Assembly (NCBI GenBank): GCA_022605425.2
Contig: CM061247.1
Span: 496,001-560,000, forward strand
Source of the DNA: Hamiltosporidium tvaerminnensis FI-OER-3-3
Taxonomy: Eukaryota > Fungi > Microsporidia
Length of the DNA stretch: 64,000 nt
Direction: 5' to 3'
The stretch's first letter is position 1. Every line of letters begins with the position of its first letter. A program made the translations under genes and the position numbers. Below are positions 38,044 through 51,125 of the stretch, in pieces. Below the pieces are notes generated by a model. That model ran no database searches. It was given only the letters and a program-made list of their open reading frames with translations, and was not told where the DNA came from.

Positions 38044-38264
38044 CTATTCTATATATAAGATATAAATTTTTATTCTCCAGCGATATTTTTAATTAATAAA
38101 TAATTCCTTTTTTTGATAGATTTTTTTTGTAATAAAAATACTTTCAAATGCATATCTTAAATTATTGGCTTTTAAGCTGTTAAAAATTTGAGTTTCAATT
38201 ATTGTTTATAAGTAAATTTAAGTTAAATGTTTGGTTAGATTTAGAAGTAAAATATAAAAATTTT

Positions 38265-38597
38265 GGATAGAGACAGGATAACCACATGAAAAACTATCTG
38301 GTTGGCAATGAGTGTGTGAAAAGTTGTGGAAATTATTGATGAAATTTGGTTGGAATACAAACCAAATTGGGGCGGAGAGAGGATAACCAGCTTAAATACC
38401 ATCTGGTTGTCAATGAGTGTGTGAAATGGATATGAAAATTATTGTTGACATTTTGGTGGGATATAAACTACATTGAATCTATAGGCCAATCTCCTATGAA
38501 CCCGAGTAATAACAGATTAAAAGAAGCCATTGGAAAATTTCCAGTGTTTCATACTCGAAACCGAGAGTTTAAAGAGGAATGGAATAAGCAAGTAAGT
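38265..38597 (+). mobile_element. Family B element preceded by an extra copy of the head; 15-bp TSD around the composite
   Basis: Head-only unit 38265-38369, then the full B unit 38370-38597. Flanked by AAATATAAAAATTTT at 38250-38264 and 38598-38612. Confidence 0.82.
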
Positions 38598-39277
38598 AAA
38601 TATAAAAATTTTATCATATAGACTTATTTAGCTTATATATTTCAGCTCGTGTTTATACACATTTAAAATTGTATCTTTATCATTTAATTAACACTTTTTT
38701 TATAAATTTAGTTCTAAAAGGTTCCTCTCGAATATCTTGAAATGGTAATCATATCTAGTATCAAAGATGTATTTTATAAACTCTTAATTCGGATTAGCAA
38801 GTAGTATAAATTCGGTTTATTCTTTTAAGAAAGTATCATTTCATTTATTCTGATGTATTGAGACAATGTATCATTTTAAGTGCAAATATGCGTGAAAAAA
38901 GTCGAAATGAATATCAGGAGAAATGTGCTGCTCAAAGAAAATTACATATTTTGCGGAAAAATATCAATAAATAAATCTGAATTGAGAAATACATAATTCT
39001 TAACAGCTTATTTCGATTATTAAGTAAATTCGAGTCTCGATTCAAATTAAAATCAGTAGTTGAAGAGGAAACAAGAAACTAAAAGGAGGAAAGAGCAAAT
39101 TAATTGTGTAAAGTCGAATGATTCATAGAAAAAAATAGTTTAATCGATTTTTTTTATATTACAAGGTTTTCCGATCATTTATTTTTAGAGTTATATTTTT
39201 ATATGATTCCATTCATTTTAAGCAGTCTAAACAAGCAAATTTCTATAAAGAAAGATATATTTATAGTTTAAGTTGTT

Positions 39278-40012
39278 GAGGCAATATAACCAGAATAAAA
39301 AAAACTTTCTGCTTGGCAATGAATTGGTAAATAGGCTAATTGATGTACGAAATCATTGTTTAAAGTTTTCTTTGTTGGGAAGGGGTTACTAAACCCACAC
39401 TAAATTTTCGCTTGGTTCATGTAATTTGAATGAGGAGGAAAATATCTACGAAATGGCAAAAATTTTTCTACAAATTAATTTCTAGTTAAATCTCATTAGA
39501 TCGGAGGCTGAGGCTGAACTTGTAGGTAATTTTCATGTAAAAGTATGGAAACCTAGCCTTGCTCACTGTGTTATAAGACTTAGCGCCAGCGAGATATAAA
39601 AATATAAACCATTAAATGCCGGGAAAGCTAAGTATCGGGTTATACCTGTTGGTGTGGCATTGCACTGTCTAGGTGGACCCCATGTAAGTCTCTGAAATAT
39701 ATCTTAGCAAGAATTTATTGGGTTCGTTAGGTGTGGAGAAGAGTAAAGCCTGCGTAGTCTTAGGAGAACCTAAGGTGAGTTTCGAACTACAACCACGCTT
39801 CATTCAACGGACATTAACGAACTCCGTTCAACTGTCTCCCCTCTAAATTAAGTTCAACACACCTTTTTGATGAAATTCTTTGAAATTTAGGTATCGTTGG
39901 AGTACCGATAGAGTGTTATGAAGCAATTACATATGTAAAGCCTATAATTACGTTAATGACATGAAAACAATATAACATTTGCCACTATTCTAAAAAGATG
40001 TGATGTTTATTG
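39278..40012 (+). repeat. Family A copy
   Basis: AAAACTTTCTGCTTGGCAATGA head, GGAAACCTAGCCTTGCTCACT, TGTCTAGGTGGACCCCATGTAAGTCTCTGAAATATATCTTAGC, TTGCCACTATTCTAAAAAGATGTGA. Confidence 0.93.
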
Positions 40013-40834
40013 ACAGAGAGAATAGTTTCAGCAATTTATTCTTAGTTTTTTTGTTAATATTTATCTTTTCTATCTGATTTAAATAATCTAAAATTTATTC
40101 TTTGGAAGATATTTCTAGATAACTTTAAATTTTCTAGCTAAATTTTTTATCTGTCATATTGTTTTTTTAGCAAATTTCATTCACTTAAAAAATATTATAT
40201 GATTTATTGAGAAAGGAATTTACATCTTTAAAAAATATATTTTTAAAGTTTTGGACTCAAATAAATTTATTAAACGATTCTATTACTCTTAAAAATTGTT
40301 GCTTTAATAAAGTAATGTATATGTTTTGTGGATTTTCCTTCTTTATATCTTACTTTATTACTTTTTTATCTGACAAACCAATGATCTTAAGTTCGATAGC
40401 ACTTTATCCTTGTTTTTTTTTGATTTTCTTTAAGTTGACGCTATTCAGACTTTAGTTCATAGTTTGGACACAGTGATTATTTAGAGATTTTCTCATGGCT
40501 TTAATTACTTTTATCTAGAAAGACTGTAAATATCCAAGCTTTTAGTGTCTGAATAGCTTGATAACTTTTTATATTTTAAAATTATTAATTGCTATCGGCC
40601 TTATATCATCTTCTTTTTTTCTAAAATAATCAAGTATTTTTGTGATATTGAGAATCTTTTAACATCTCATTTTTTTTACAACTTATAAAATTTTTGGCCT
40701 AATCTTACATCTATAATCTAATTTAAAAATTTGAATAAGAACAAAGTTGAACATATCCTTAGCTTGAAATAAATTGATAATCTATATTGCATGTTATAAA
40801 CGTTGAATATATTATTTAATTATTTTTTATAATA

Positions 40835-41538
40835 AAATATCACATCATTTTCTAAAAGAAGGCATGTTTTTATCGGATTCATAAGTTTCCAAGATCTCCG
40901 TGCTTGAAATAAATAACTTCTTTGCGAAAGGACCATCGGCAAACCCCATGATACATATATCACAGAGGTTTTCATCTGAAAAATGTATATAACTCATTTG
41001 ATAACCGGGAAATGCTCGATGTTCGTTAATTTACGTTACCCGGTATGTGATAACATGCAGAGACATGCCTTAGCTTCGATAAGCCAGAAGCATTTCCACC
41101 TATTTCTAACTTCCGAGTTCAATAGACCTCTAGAAAAGATATATCTTGGAACTTAAATTGTCTCATCGAGGCGTTTCATCGTGATACCAATAGGTATAAG
41201 CGGCTCTAATCAATATTTCTAACTTTTTAAAAGTTATGTTTCTTGTATCTTTAAAGCGCTAAGTCATCAAACTCAGGTAAGCAAAGCTAGGTTCCAATCT
41301 ATTACATGCAATTACCCACAAGTAGAAGTGTGCCCCTCCTCAATTTAGTTCAATATAAACTCATACTTGTTTATCGATAAATTTTTACCCTTTTGAAAAC
41401 TTGGTTATTCTTAAACAAATACGTACCCGACAACCAAAATTGTTTTAGTTCTACTAGAAACCCCTACAATGATTTTCAGATAAATTTTTAATACTCATAC
41501 CAAAATAAATGTTTTAAAATGAGCATTCACTTCACCTT
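40835..41538 (-). repeat. Family A copy (old)
   Basis: GTTCGTTAAT, AAGCGCTAAGTC, GCAAAGCTAGGTTCCA, ACAATGATT, ACTCATACCAA, in the order expected for the minus strand. Confidence 0.8.
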
Positions 41539-41903
41539 ATTATTTAATTATAAAATTATCTAATTGTAAAATCCACCGAGTTTAATATATTCTCTTATTT
41601 TAGCAATTATCATCTATTATTGAAAATTTTAGAAGGAACAATTTGTAGCGCATTTTAATTATTTGCGTATAGTACTAATCTTAATCAAGTATTATCATTT
41701 TCATCTGTAAACAAATAAAAACGTATTAAATTACACTCCAAAAAATATGATTTCCATTAAAAACTTTGTTATCTTTTCAATGTTCGAAAATTAATAAAAG
41801 ACAAAATATTGTTCTATGAAATCAATTTTTATTTTTATCGTAAATTCAATTTTTTCTCAAAAATTTTCATTTTAATAAAAAAATATATTAATTGCGCATT
41901 TAA

Positions 41904-44228
41904 ATGATACAAGATATGGTTTTAAAAGTCAAACATCGAATTTTATACAAAAATCTTAAGATGTTGGTTTTAAGTCTGGCTATCAAAAGGATATTTACAA
42001 ACGAAACAATTGCTATACATTTCTATAAAGATTATGAGAGTAATTTTACAGATGATGATTTGAATAGTTGTATTTATAAATATAAATGTCTAGAATTTTT
42101 ACCAGAACATGCCATAGAGACTAAGTCTAACATAAATATTGTATATTTAAAGACATTTATAATCGATCGGAGTATTTTCTTTTTAGAGTTTTTGACTGAG
42201 GAGAATGTGCAAGATGGCAAACATAATAACATACACATTAATGTGAATGATTTAAATTATGATGATTTTTCATATTTTTATAATTTAGTAATAAGTTTTC
42301 CATGCTTTGTTGATTACATGAACGAATATAAATACAGGCTAATTTTTAGAATAATAGATATTTTTAAGATTCAATACAACAAACCATTGAAAGATTTTAT
42401 TCGGTTAATATTGGCTTCAGTTGTATTGAATACAGAAGTAATAAAGCTATGGTATTTTTCAGTCCTAAAGTCAAATAAACATATAGTTTCTATTGCCCTG
42501 TCGAATATCGCATTTGTGGAATTGCTTGGATTATACGGAATATCTAAAGCAATATTAAACCAAATTAAAGCTGTTTATAAAGCTGTTATAACGACAGAAT
42601 GTAATAATTTTGGTTTTGCAGATTTAAATGAGAATTTCTTCTATCTTGATACTTGTATTCTACAGAAAATTCTTAAAATACACAAACAGGCAAAGTATTT
42701 TCTGAAAACCTTGAATATATTTTTCTCTCTTCACGTATATAAACGTTTTTTCCTATTTATTATGTCGTATACTGAGGAATACAAATGCTTCTTTAATTTG
42801 TCATTATTTAAAAATTTAGAAGAGTTATTTATGTTCAAATGTTTAAACACGAAAGTTTTTATTGCAAATATAATTAAGACTATGCATTTACAAAGTATAA
42901 AAATATTGACCGTTTTCAAATCAAATTTAATATCCGAAGATGAAATTGTATGGTTGAAAGAACTAAATTTCGAAGAATTGAATTATATTGTTACAAAATA
43001 TGATTCAAAAACTTATTTTAGTATTTCGGAATTTAAATCACCTGTTTGTATAATTTTTAGTAAAATTATTGATGCAATATTTAACAACGAAAATAAATCT
43101 AGTTTTTATGCACGTGGTACCAATATTTCGTGCTATGATCAGGACAATGAATTTGTTTTTGCATTCTATCAAGATGAAAATAGAGTGAAAGATCTAATGA
43201 ACTACGGAATCGCATGTCAAATATCTTTTCGTATAAAGTTATGTAATATGTTTATAAATGTTATATTTGATATTATAAATTTTAAAAGATTAAGAAATAT
43301 AGAGATTGAATTTACATATACTTGCATTAGAGATTTTAGCATATATAGCTCTGAAATTCTTAATAATATAGTTACCATGCGAATCGTTAGTTCTACAGTA
43401 AATGATGTTTTTTTGTCAAAAATTCTATTATTTCCAGCACTAAAAAATATTGTATTTTATGTCTGTACCATTATATTTTTGAATAATAACATAATCCTTA
43501 GTGAAAACACAAACATCGAATATTTGAACATAGCTGACTCTTTGATTAATAATGTGAATTATTTTATTGATTTAATGAATAAAATGGTCGGGTTAAAATC
43601 CTTAGAAATATTTAATATGACTAAAAATTCGAATCCTTTGGAAAAAAATTCAGACAATATAAATCTATGTCTTCTTAAACTAACATATTTAAGATATTCG
43701 AGTTCGTATTATTCTTATAATAATGCTCTATTTTTTCCTTTTCTTCCAAGTCTTCTAAAGTTTAATCTTGGTTCAAATCATCCAGCAGGTACTCTTCACA
43801 AAATATTTTTCAACGGAAATTTTTATATGTTAAGAAAATTAGTCTTTTATGGAATAAAAATAGGCCAAGAAGATGAACTAGCTTTACAAAAACTTACAAA
43901 TCTTCATTCTTTAACTATTGGTAAAAATTCTGAATTTTCTAATATAAATTTTTCTCAAATGTTTCACACGGCCTATACATATTCCCTAACAGAATTAATA
44001 CTTCCAAATATAGAAATTACTTATTTCGATCTCAAATTTATTTCAGAACTAAAAAATCTTAAAAAATTATACATTTATAGTTTCATTCTTCGAACCAACA
44101 TAATATTTTTCCTTAAAATAATTTCATCAATCACAGAAATCGAAATTGAAAAAATATTTGTTTTAAAAAATCATATTATTGAGGAGTGTGGAACAAGACT
44201 CAAGATATCTCCGTGGCATCAACATTAA
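41904..44228 (+). CDS. Large LRR-like protein of a lineage-expanded microsporidian family (possibly secreted)
   Basis: 774 aa ORF with recurring LxxLxL motifs (FKNLEELFM, LKSLEI, LTNLHSLTI, LKNLKKLYI) and a hydrophobic N-terminal stretch. True start uncertain. Confidence 0.75.
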   Translation: MIQDMVLKVKHRILYKNLKMLVLSLAIKRIFTNETIAIHFYKDYESNFTDDDLNSCIYKYKCLEFLPEHAIETKSNINIVYLKTFIIDRSIFFLEFLTEENVQDGKHNNIHINVNDLNYDDFSYFYNLVISFPCFVDYMNEYKYRLIFRIIDIFKIQYNKPLKDFIRLILASVVLNTEVIKLWYFSVLKSNKHIVSIALSNIAFVELLGLYGISKAILNQIKAVYKAVITTECNNFGFADLNENFFYLDTCILQKILKIHKQAKYFLKTLNIFFSLHVYKRFFLFIMSYTEEYKCFFNLSLFKNLEELFMFKCLNTKVFIANIIKTMHLQSIKILTVFKSNLISEDEIVWLKELNFEELNYIVTKYDSKTYFSISEFKSPVCIIFSKIIDAIFNNENKSSFYARGTNISCYDQDNEFVFAFYQDENRVKDLMNYGIACQISFRIKLCNMFINVIFDIINFKRLRNIEIEFTYTCIRDFSIYSSEILNNIVTMRIVSSTVNDVFLSKILLFPALKNIVFYVCTIIFLNNNIILSENTNIEYLNIADSLINNVNYFIDLMNKMVGLKSLEIFNMTKNSNPLEKNSDNINLCLLKLTYLRYSSSYYSYNNALFFPFLPSLLKFNLGSNHPAGTLHKIFFNGNFYMLRKLVFYGIKIGQEDELALQKLTNLHSLTIGKNSEFSNINFSQMFHTAYTYSLTELILPNIEITYFDLKFISELKNLKKLYIYSFILRTNIIFFLKIISSITEIEIEKIFVLKNHIIEECGTRLKISPWHQH

Positions 44229-45039
44229 AATTTACATTAGTATGTAAAATTTTAAATTCTGTAGTTCTTTTTTAAAAAGTAATTATAATTTTAATCTATA
44301 TTTTGATTCTATTTTCATAAAACATTAATTTTCTAAATATTTTTTTAATACTACGAAGTCATTCATCGAAGTATACATTTAGAGTTTTAAAATACATTTT
44401 TTGATTTGAATTAAAATTTAGAAACGACAAAATCAACAATTTTCTTATAATAAAATAGAAAGTTCCGTCTGTTTTTATACAAAAGATTACACCAATATTA
44501 GATATATTTGGAACAAAATAAAACAATCTTATACAAATAAAATTTAAATTCATACTTTACTTGAATCAATAACCAAATTAGTTAATTAGTTTAATTAAAA
44601 ATAATTTTATATAAAATTTAAATAGATTTACAAATTTCTGATTTTTCATGTAATAGCACTAATAAAATAATTCTATAAAAACAAAAATTAATCCTATAAA
44701 TCTACAATCCGGAGGGAAAGGTAAATTTATCTTAATATATACTGTCAATGGTAACATAACGTATACATTCGTTTAAAGATAAGTAGTCGTGCAAGTTAAT
44801 CAGAACTATTTATAAATAGGCATAACACGAGATAGACTATATTTTAAATATTAAAAAATATTTACCATCAATACGAGCAAAAATCTAGAGTAAAAACCTT
44901 AATATTTAACTCAGATTTTAAAAAGAGATCATGTATAAAAGCAATACAAAAAAAGGGAATAATTAATTATAATTAAAATGTTAATTATTGTAATAATTCG
45001 ATAAATAATTATTTAAAAGTTTTATTTAATAAAAATCAC

Positions 45040-45726
45040 TGCTTCATTAGAACTATGCCAAGTGTTATATTGATTTTATGGCATTAACGCAATTATAGGT
45101 TTAACAAATATACTTGTCTCTTAAGCTTCCATAGGTGTCGTTTACGATACATAAACCCAATCTCTACTAAAAGATCCAAAGAACCTATCTAATATACAAA
45201 CATTTGCCCAGAGTTCGTTAATTTACGTTGACTGGCGGATAATAGAAGGCCAAGACCTACTTTTGCTTCCCTAAACTAGATGCATTCCACATAATGTACC
45301 TTTTCAGAGCATAATAGACCTCTAGTTAAGATATATATCGGGTACTTACATATTTTCCATCTAGAAGTTATAATATCATACCAGCGAGTAAAAACTGCTA
45401 TGTGGTATTCCCGGTTTTTTATGGATATGTTTTTCGTACCTACTGAGCGCCAAGTCTTCTAACTTGAGTGAGCAAAGCTGCGTTTACATGGCGAGCACCT
45501 ACGAGCCTGTCGTGGATTCGAATCTACTTACCCTATAATAAACCAATTCACTAAAGAAACAACTTTTCCGTTTTGTAGAACATATCATTCCTAAATAAAA
45601 TACTAACGAACATCAGAAACTGTAGTGTGGCATTTCATCTCTTCAAAAATTAAAATAATTATTTTCACGCTAATTTCCCATACTCATTACCAAGCAGATG
45701 GTTTTTTTTGTGAATAGCCGCTCTTC
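45040..45726 (-). repeat. Family A copy
   Basis: GCCAAGTGTTATATTG, CATTAACGCA, GAGTTCGTTAAT, AAGTCTTCTAAC..GAGTGAGCAA, ACTCATTACCAAGCAGA. Confidence 0.87.
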
Positions 45727-46076
45727 AGATATTATCCTATATATAAATAAAAATCCCCAATCCTATTATAATCTCAAAATATGGAGCCAACTTCTAAAAA
45801 TATCAACCTTTCTTAAAATCTTATTTTCATGATATTGTTTGATAAAAATGAAGAATCTAAGAATTCCTATAAATATTAAAAAATATTTTTAAAGAATTAA
45901 ATAAATACATTGTAACACATTTAAAATATATAAATTAGAATTTTTATTCTTTGAAGCGGAATCTAATCCAATCAAAAAATCTACCAAAATATCTGTATTT
46001 TTTAAAATTTAGACAAAACTTTAATCAGAAAAACCAACTAAAAGTAAAAAGTTGAATGAATAAATGAAATCCCAAA

Positions 46077-47249
46077 CTATTTATTTAATTGAGAAATATA
46101 CTGATTCATAAGATTTATTTGTTCCAAATAATGAGAATTAAATTCTTCATTACTTTCTTTAACAAACAATAATAGGGACCTACCTACATGATCCAAAGTA
46201 CCGGAAATACCGCCATTTAATATCATTTTTCTAAGTCTCTCTTCAATAAAAGCAGGTTCAAATCCCATTTGATCTGCAATATAATCAATAGAAATATTCG
46301 AATAAGGTTCTACAATTTTTAAAATGTTAGCTTCCAGCAACAAATCATACAGAAAATACAAATGTGAAATTAAAAAAGTGTCTGAACTCATCAACTCTCC
46401 TTTCGTATTCAAAACATCGGTATAATCTTTTAAATTCCTTTCTGAACAAGCTTTATTAATCTTTAAAAGAAGTAAAATAATTTCATCTGCCACAAAATAG
46501 GAAACTTGTTTAAGTTTTAAAACAGATTCAATTTCATTCCATTTTTTATCAATTATTTTACACAGAATCATATATCTGACCACAAAAATTGCATCTTCAA
46601 ATGATTTCCCCTGCCAAAAACCTTCCAAAGCCTCAATGAAATAAGAATATGCATTTGAATAACTTCTTTCATCACACAAATATATTCCTGACAACATGTC
46701 GATATGTGCTTGTAAAACAGGAGAAACATAGGTATTTACAGCAAGTGCTTTTGCAGAAGTAAGAGAAGATCTTGCTTTAGATAGATTCTTCTGTTCATAA
46801 AATGCTTTACTCTCATATACATATAAACATATCAAACCAGCTTTATCGTCGTGTTTTTTTAATTCTTTTAATATCGGTGAAATACATTCTAAACATTTAC
46901 TGTATTCCTTTAAAGACAATAAAGATTCGATTCTTTTAATTTCTAAATCTAAAAATAATGTTTTTTTATTTTCTATTTTGCTCCATTCAACCAACTTTTC
47001 CAATAAATTGTAGCGAGGAAGAAAATATTCTTGCTTTGATGGAAAATAATTCAAAACATTCTTAATTATTTTTGTGTATCGTGCTATGGAAATATCAGAC
47101 CAATAAGTTTTTATTGTGACCAAGAAAGTTCCAAGATCGTCGTATAGCTTTTTTTCAAGTAAGGTGTTTGAAATAGTAAGTGCTGCTTCTTCTTTTTCAT
47201 CTGTTGGATGTGTTTTTGATTTTAAGATATTTTTCAATTCATTTAGCAT
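46077..47249 (-). CDS. RPN6: 26S proteasome lid subunit Rpn6/PSMD11
   Basis: LKELKKHDDK..L..Y.YESK..., KARSSLTSAK, LQAHIDMLSG, AYSYFIEALEG, PCI domain LLE.NILKIVEPYS. Confidence 0.95.
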   Translation of the reverse strand: MLNELKNILKSKTHPTDEKEEAALTISNTLLEKKLYDDLGTFLVTIKTYWSDISIARYTKIIKNVLNYFPSKQEYFLPRYNLLEKLVEWSKIENKKTLFLDLEIKRIESLLSLKEYSKCLECISPILKELKKHDDKAGLICLYVYESKAFYEQKNLSKARSSLTSAKALAVNTYVSPVLQAHIDMLSGIYLCDERSYSNAYSYFIEALEGFWQGKSFEDAIFVVRYMILCKIIDKKWNEIESVLKLKQVSYFVADEIILLLLKINKACSERNLKDYTDVLNTKGELMSSDTFLISHLYFLYDLLLEANILKIVEPYSNISIDYIADQMGFEPAFIEERLRKMILNGGISGTLDHVGRSLLLFVKESNEEFNSHYLEQINLMNQYISQLNK

Positions 47250-47698
47250 TTAAAGGGGCTTGATTTTAAATAATAAATTTAAAGGAATTAAAACTTTAAG
47301 GAAAAGAGAATTGAAAATAGGGATAGCATTTATTTATAATAAACATGCAAATGATTAGTATAAATAAAATAGATAGTGCAGAACATGAAGAAAATCCTAT
47401 TTATATCACTCGGGATTATTTTTTGGGTTTCTTTTATGCTAAAATATTTTGAAATACACCTCTTAATTTCTGATTTTTTTATTTATTTTATAAACTATGA
47501 TTTCAGCTAATCAAAGTCCCCATTAATTAGAATCAAGAGTATCTCTTTAAAATTTGAATTTTATATTTCCGGTTATTACTCTATAAGAGTATCAAATCTC
47601 TTTTTATTTACTAAAGAATTCAGAAATGTATAATTGCAAGTCTTTTTATTGATTTATACGGTATTATTATTTTTTAATGATATATTTTGCTGAACTTA

Positions 47699-48419
47699 AG
47701 AGGAAGGATAACTACATAAGAAACTTTCTGCTTGCAATGAGTGTGTGAAACTGGTTGGGGATCATTGTTTGGATTTTTCGTGGGAATAAAACCACACTAC
47801 ATCGTCGGTTGTTCTATGGGAGTTTGCATGAAGAGGAGAGGTCTACAAAATGGCAAAACTTTATCTACAAATTTATTTTTAGTTTTTTATGTAACTAGAT
47901 TGCCGACCGCAGCTGAATATGTAGGTAATTGCCAGGTAAAACCATGGAAATCTAGCCTTGAGACTAGGGGTAGAAGACTTAGCGCCTGGGAGATATGAAA
48001 ATAAAGCCCTTTAAGGCAAAGAAAGATAAGTAGCGGTTTTACCTGTGGATATCATATTGTACTGCCTACCTGGACTCCCGCTAAGTCATCGAGATATATA
48101 TCGGCTAGAATTTTATTGGGTTTGGAAAGTGTAGAGTAAGTAGGCCTGTTAATAGTCTTGGGGGAGGAGCTCAGGATGGACTTCGGCCTTCGATCACACT
48201 CAATGCAACAGAAATTAATGCCCTAAAGGCAAAAACATCGCCTAATAATTGGTTCTACGCACCATTTAGTTGAAATAATTCGGAGTTTTGGCATCATAGG
48301 AGATACCCATAGAGTTTTAGGGATTAGTTATTTATATAAAATCTAGAACAGCGTCAATTTCATGAAAACAATATAAAAACTGCCACGGATTTAAAAAGAT
48401 GGGATATTTTTAAATAAAG
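47699..48419 (+). repeat. Family A copy
   Basis: Full-length similarity. The 85-aa ORF at 47741 is a shadow of the repeat. Confidence 0.93.
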
Positions 48420-50539
48420 ATTACAATATTATAATGCCAAATCTATGTATCTCTTTAGGTTTTTATTAGGCATTCTATAATAAGTTTCACGGTTCAATAA
48501 AGCCCGATGATTTCCTATATTCTTTTTAATTTTATAACACACTGTATTATTCATAAATTTCTTAATCATCATGTCCGAAGCTTAATAATATTTCTAATTC
48601 ATATAGATCTTTATATCATATTAATTCTCGATATTTCTTAAAATACCGCCATAATATTTGTCTTGCACAAAGTATATTTGGATGTTTTTAATATAAAGAT
48701 ATTATCAAATGTTTTTGAATTATTTCCACTGCTTTCTTTTTGCGGCTTTTAGGCTTTGCTATTTTTAATGCTTGCAAAATGATTTTTTTTAGACTTTTAG
48801 ACACTTTTTTTGACTACATATACAATTCATAAACTTATAAATATATTTTTCTGCCTCTTCCTCATCTCTTTTCGGTCAAAATTTCAGTTCATAATTAAAT
48901 AAATGTATAATAACTATAATGCTAAAGAGGGCAAGTTACAATAATGAAAAAAAGAAGTTCCAAGCAACAAATTTAAAAGTCTAAGGCATACGGGATCGTA
49001 TAGATTTCAAGATATACACAAATAATTCCAATAAATGCTGACAAATCGTCAATCCAATCGATATATACCACAAACGACTATAAAAATTTAAAATACTAAA
49101 AATGCTTAACATCAAGCAATATATACATTGAAATTTATGGTCGTAAAATTTTGTGTTCTATGGGCTGTGCGATCTAATAACAGCTGATTTTAAAAAACAG
49201 AAGCCTTGTGATTTTCTTGATTGATTTAATTAACAAGTAATATATAGAACAGAATACAACAAAGGTTTAAACCCCGGTTTAATGTGTAAAACAGAATTCA
49301 AGAATATGTTTTCAAAAATAATACACAAACATGAGAAAACCTTGGATTCAAGATCATAAACTGTTTTTATGTAGTATCAAATATAAAATGGGGCAACCGA
49401 AAATTTTCATTTGTACATTTATTTAGGGAACCAGTCATTAATACTTTATTTTCAGAAGGTATAATGCATTATAAAAGCGTAAATATAATAGTTTAGTCTA
49501 TTAAAATGAGATTTTTTTGTAGTATTTTAAGATAATATGCGCTGCGTTCATTTAGGACCCAAGTGATTTTCTATGAGGTGCATTCTATTCAATTAAACGC
49601 ATAACTTAATTACTATAGTACCTAATAATATTAAAAACTATAGAAATATAGTGGCGAATTTTATAGAAATAATCCTGATGAATCATAATTGTATTGGTTT
49701 TCGAGTTATTTATCTGTTAGAAATTGGTTTCAATCAAAGAATTTTCACACAAATAATAATAATTAAGAGCATATTTTCTCACTCTCTATAATGATTTCCT
49801 ATTATTAAAGTTATTTTCGGTACTAACAAGTTTAAGCAAAAAATTTGAATGAATATTTACCTCATTTACAACGAAATATATATCTAATAATCCCGAGTTA
49901 AAATAGTTTACATACTTTTATATATTCCATCTAACACTTTTATCAACATACTGTATTCTTCTAATTACAATTCTTCGTATATATGCAATCACATAATAAA
50001 GCATAGTTAAATTAAACTTTTTACAGATGAATGCTTTCACATTTCTTTACTGTTGAAATATTGGAATAAATTAAAATATTTTTCAGAAAGAAATTAAACT
50101 AAGAACAGAATAAGAAATTTTAAGCTATAATCTTATTAAATTTAGAAAAAAATCACTTACTTTTTTTCAAAAATTGATGGCCTCTCTAAGAGGAACAATG
50201 GAAATAACGAGGAAACTAAAAAAATAACGAAAATAATCCAAAAAAGATTGAAAAATTATTGGAAAAAATGCAGATATAAAAATAAATACGAAGCAAAGAG
50301 ATTTGTGTTGGAAATAATGAGAAGATTTTTGGGCCTTGTCATTAAATAATAATTTTATATATTTTTCTTCAGTAAGCGACTGAATGAAAGGTTAATTTAA
50401 ATATTAGAAAACAAATAATTTATAAATTGAATCTATGAAATAAAAGCTGAGTAAAAAAAATATTGAATAATTAGAATTATATTTTATTCAATAAATTTCG
50501 ATGTTAAAATGCTTTTATCGCACTTTTATATATTTTTTC

Positions 50540-51125
50540 CATCTCTTTGAACACCATCTCTTCTGTTCTTAAATCTGAACTTCATTTATATTTATTGTAG
50601 GTTGTTTAAAGTAGTTTTTCCTTTGAAATAAAGAGTTGATTACTTTTTGTTTTAACATGTTTAATACTATCCTCATAGAGAATCGCTTTTTTTAAAAGGT
50701 ATGTTGGCTTCCCTTGCATCCCGGCTCTCTTAATAACATTTTTACGCTCTTTCCAAACCCACTTGGGTATTTAATTCCGACTCTAATTCTCTTCGAGATT
50801 ATTGAAAATTGTCTCGAACGTCTTCATAAGTATTATCGATTGAATCTATACTCTCGGTATTCATAGGGGGGTCAGTCTTTGAGGTATTACTAATGATATT
50901 TTGTCCCAATACCGCCCATGTTCATTATATAAAAGATTATCTCAACACTAAACGTATAAATAAGACCCAACTCATCTGAATAATAGTTCATACTTCCTAG
51001 GTTTTTCAGTTTTAGCTATTGAAGTGAATCTTGAAAAATAATTTTAATTCAATGAGTGTTATAATTTTTTGTCCCTTATCGAAAAAAATATGTCAGTCTT
51101 ATTTCGAATCTCAATCTTATTAAAA
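50540..51125 (-). mobile_element. Decayed 3' fragment of the RLE-type non-LTR element
   Basis: TCATACTTCCTAGGTTTTTCAGT...GAAGTGAATCTTG...TCAATGAGTGTTAT matches 56227-56302. Confidence 0.8.

Noticed and set aside
45500-45530. GGATTCGAATC as a tRNA T-loop
   Set aside because: Lies inside a diverged family A copy; no cloverleaf can be built.
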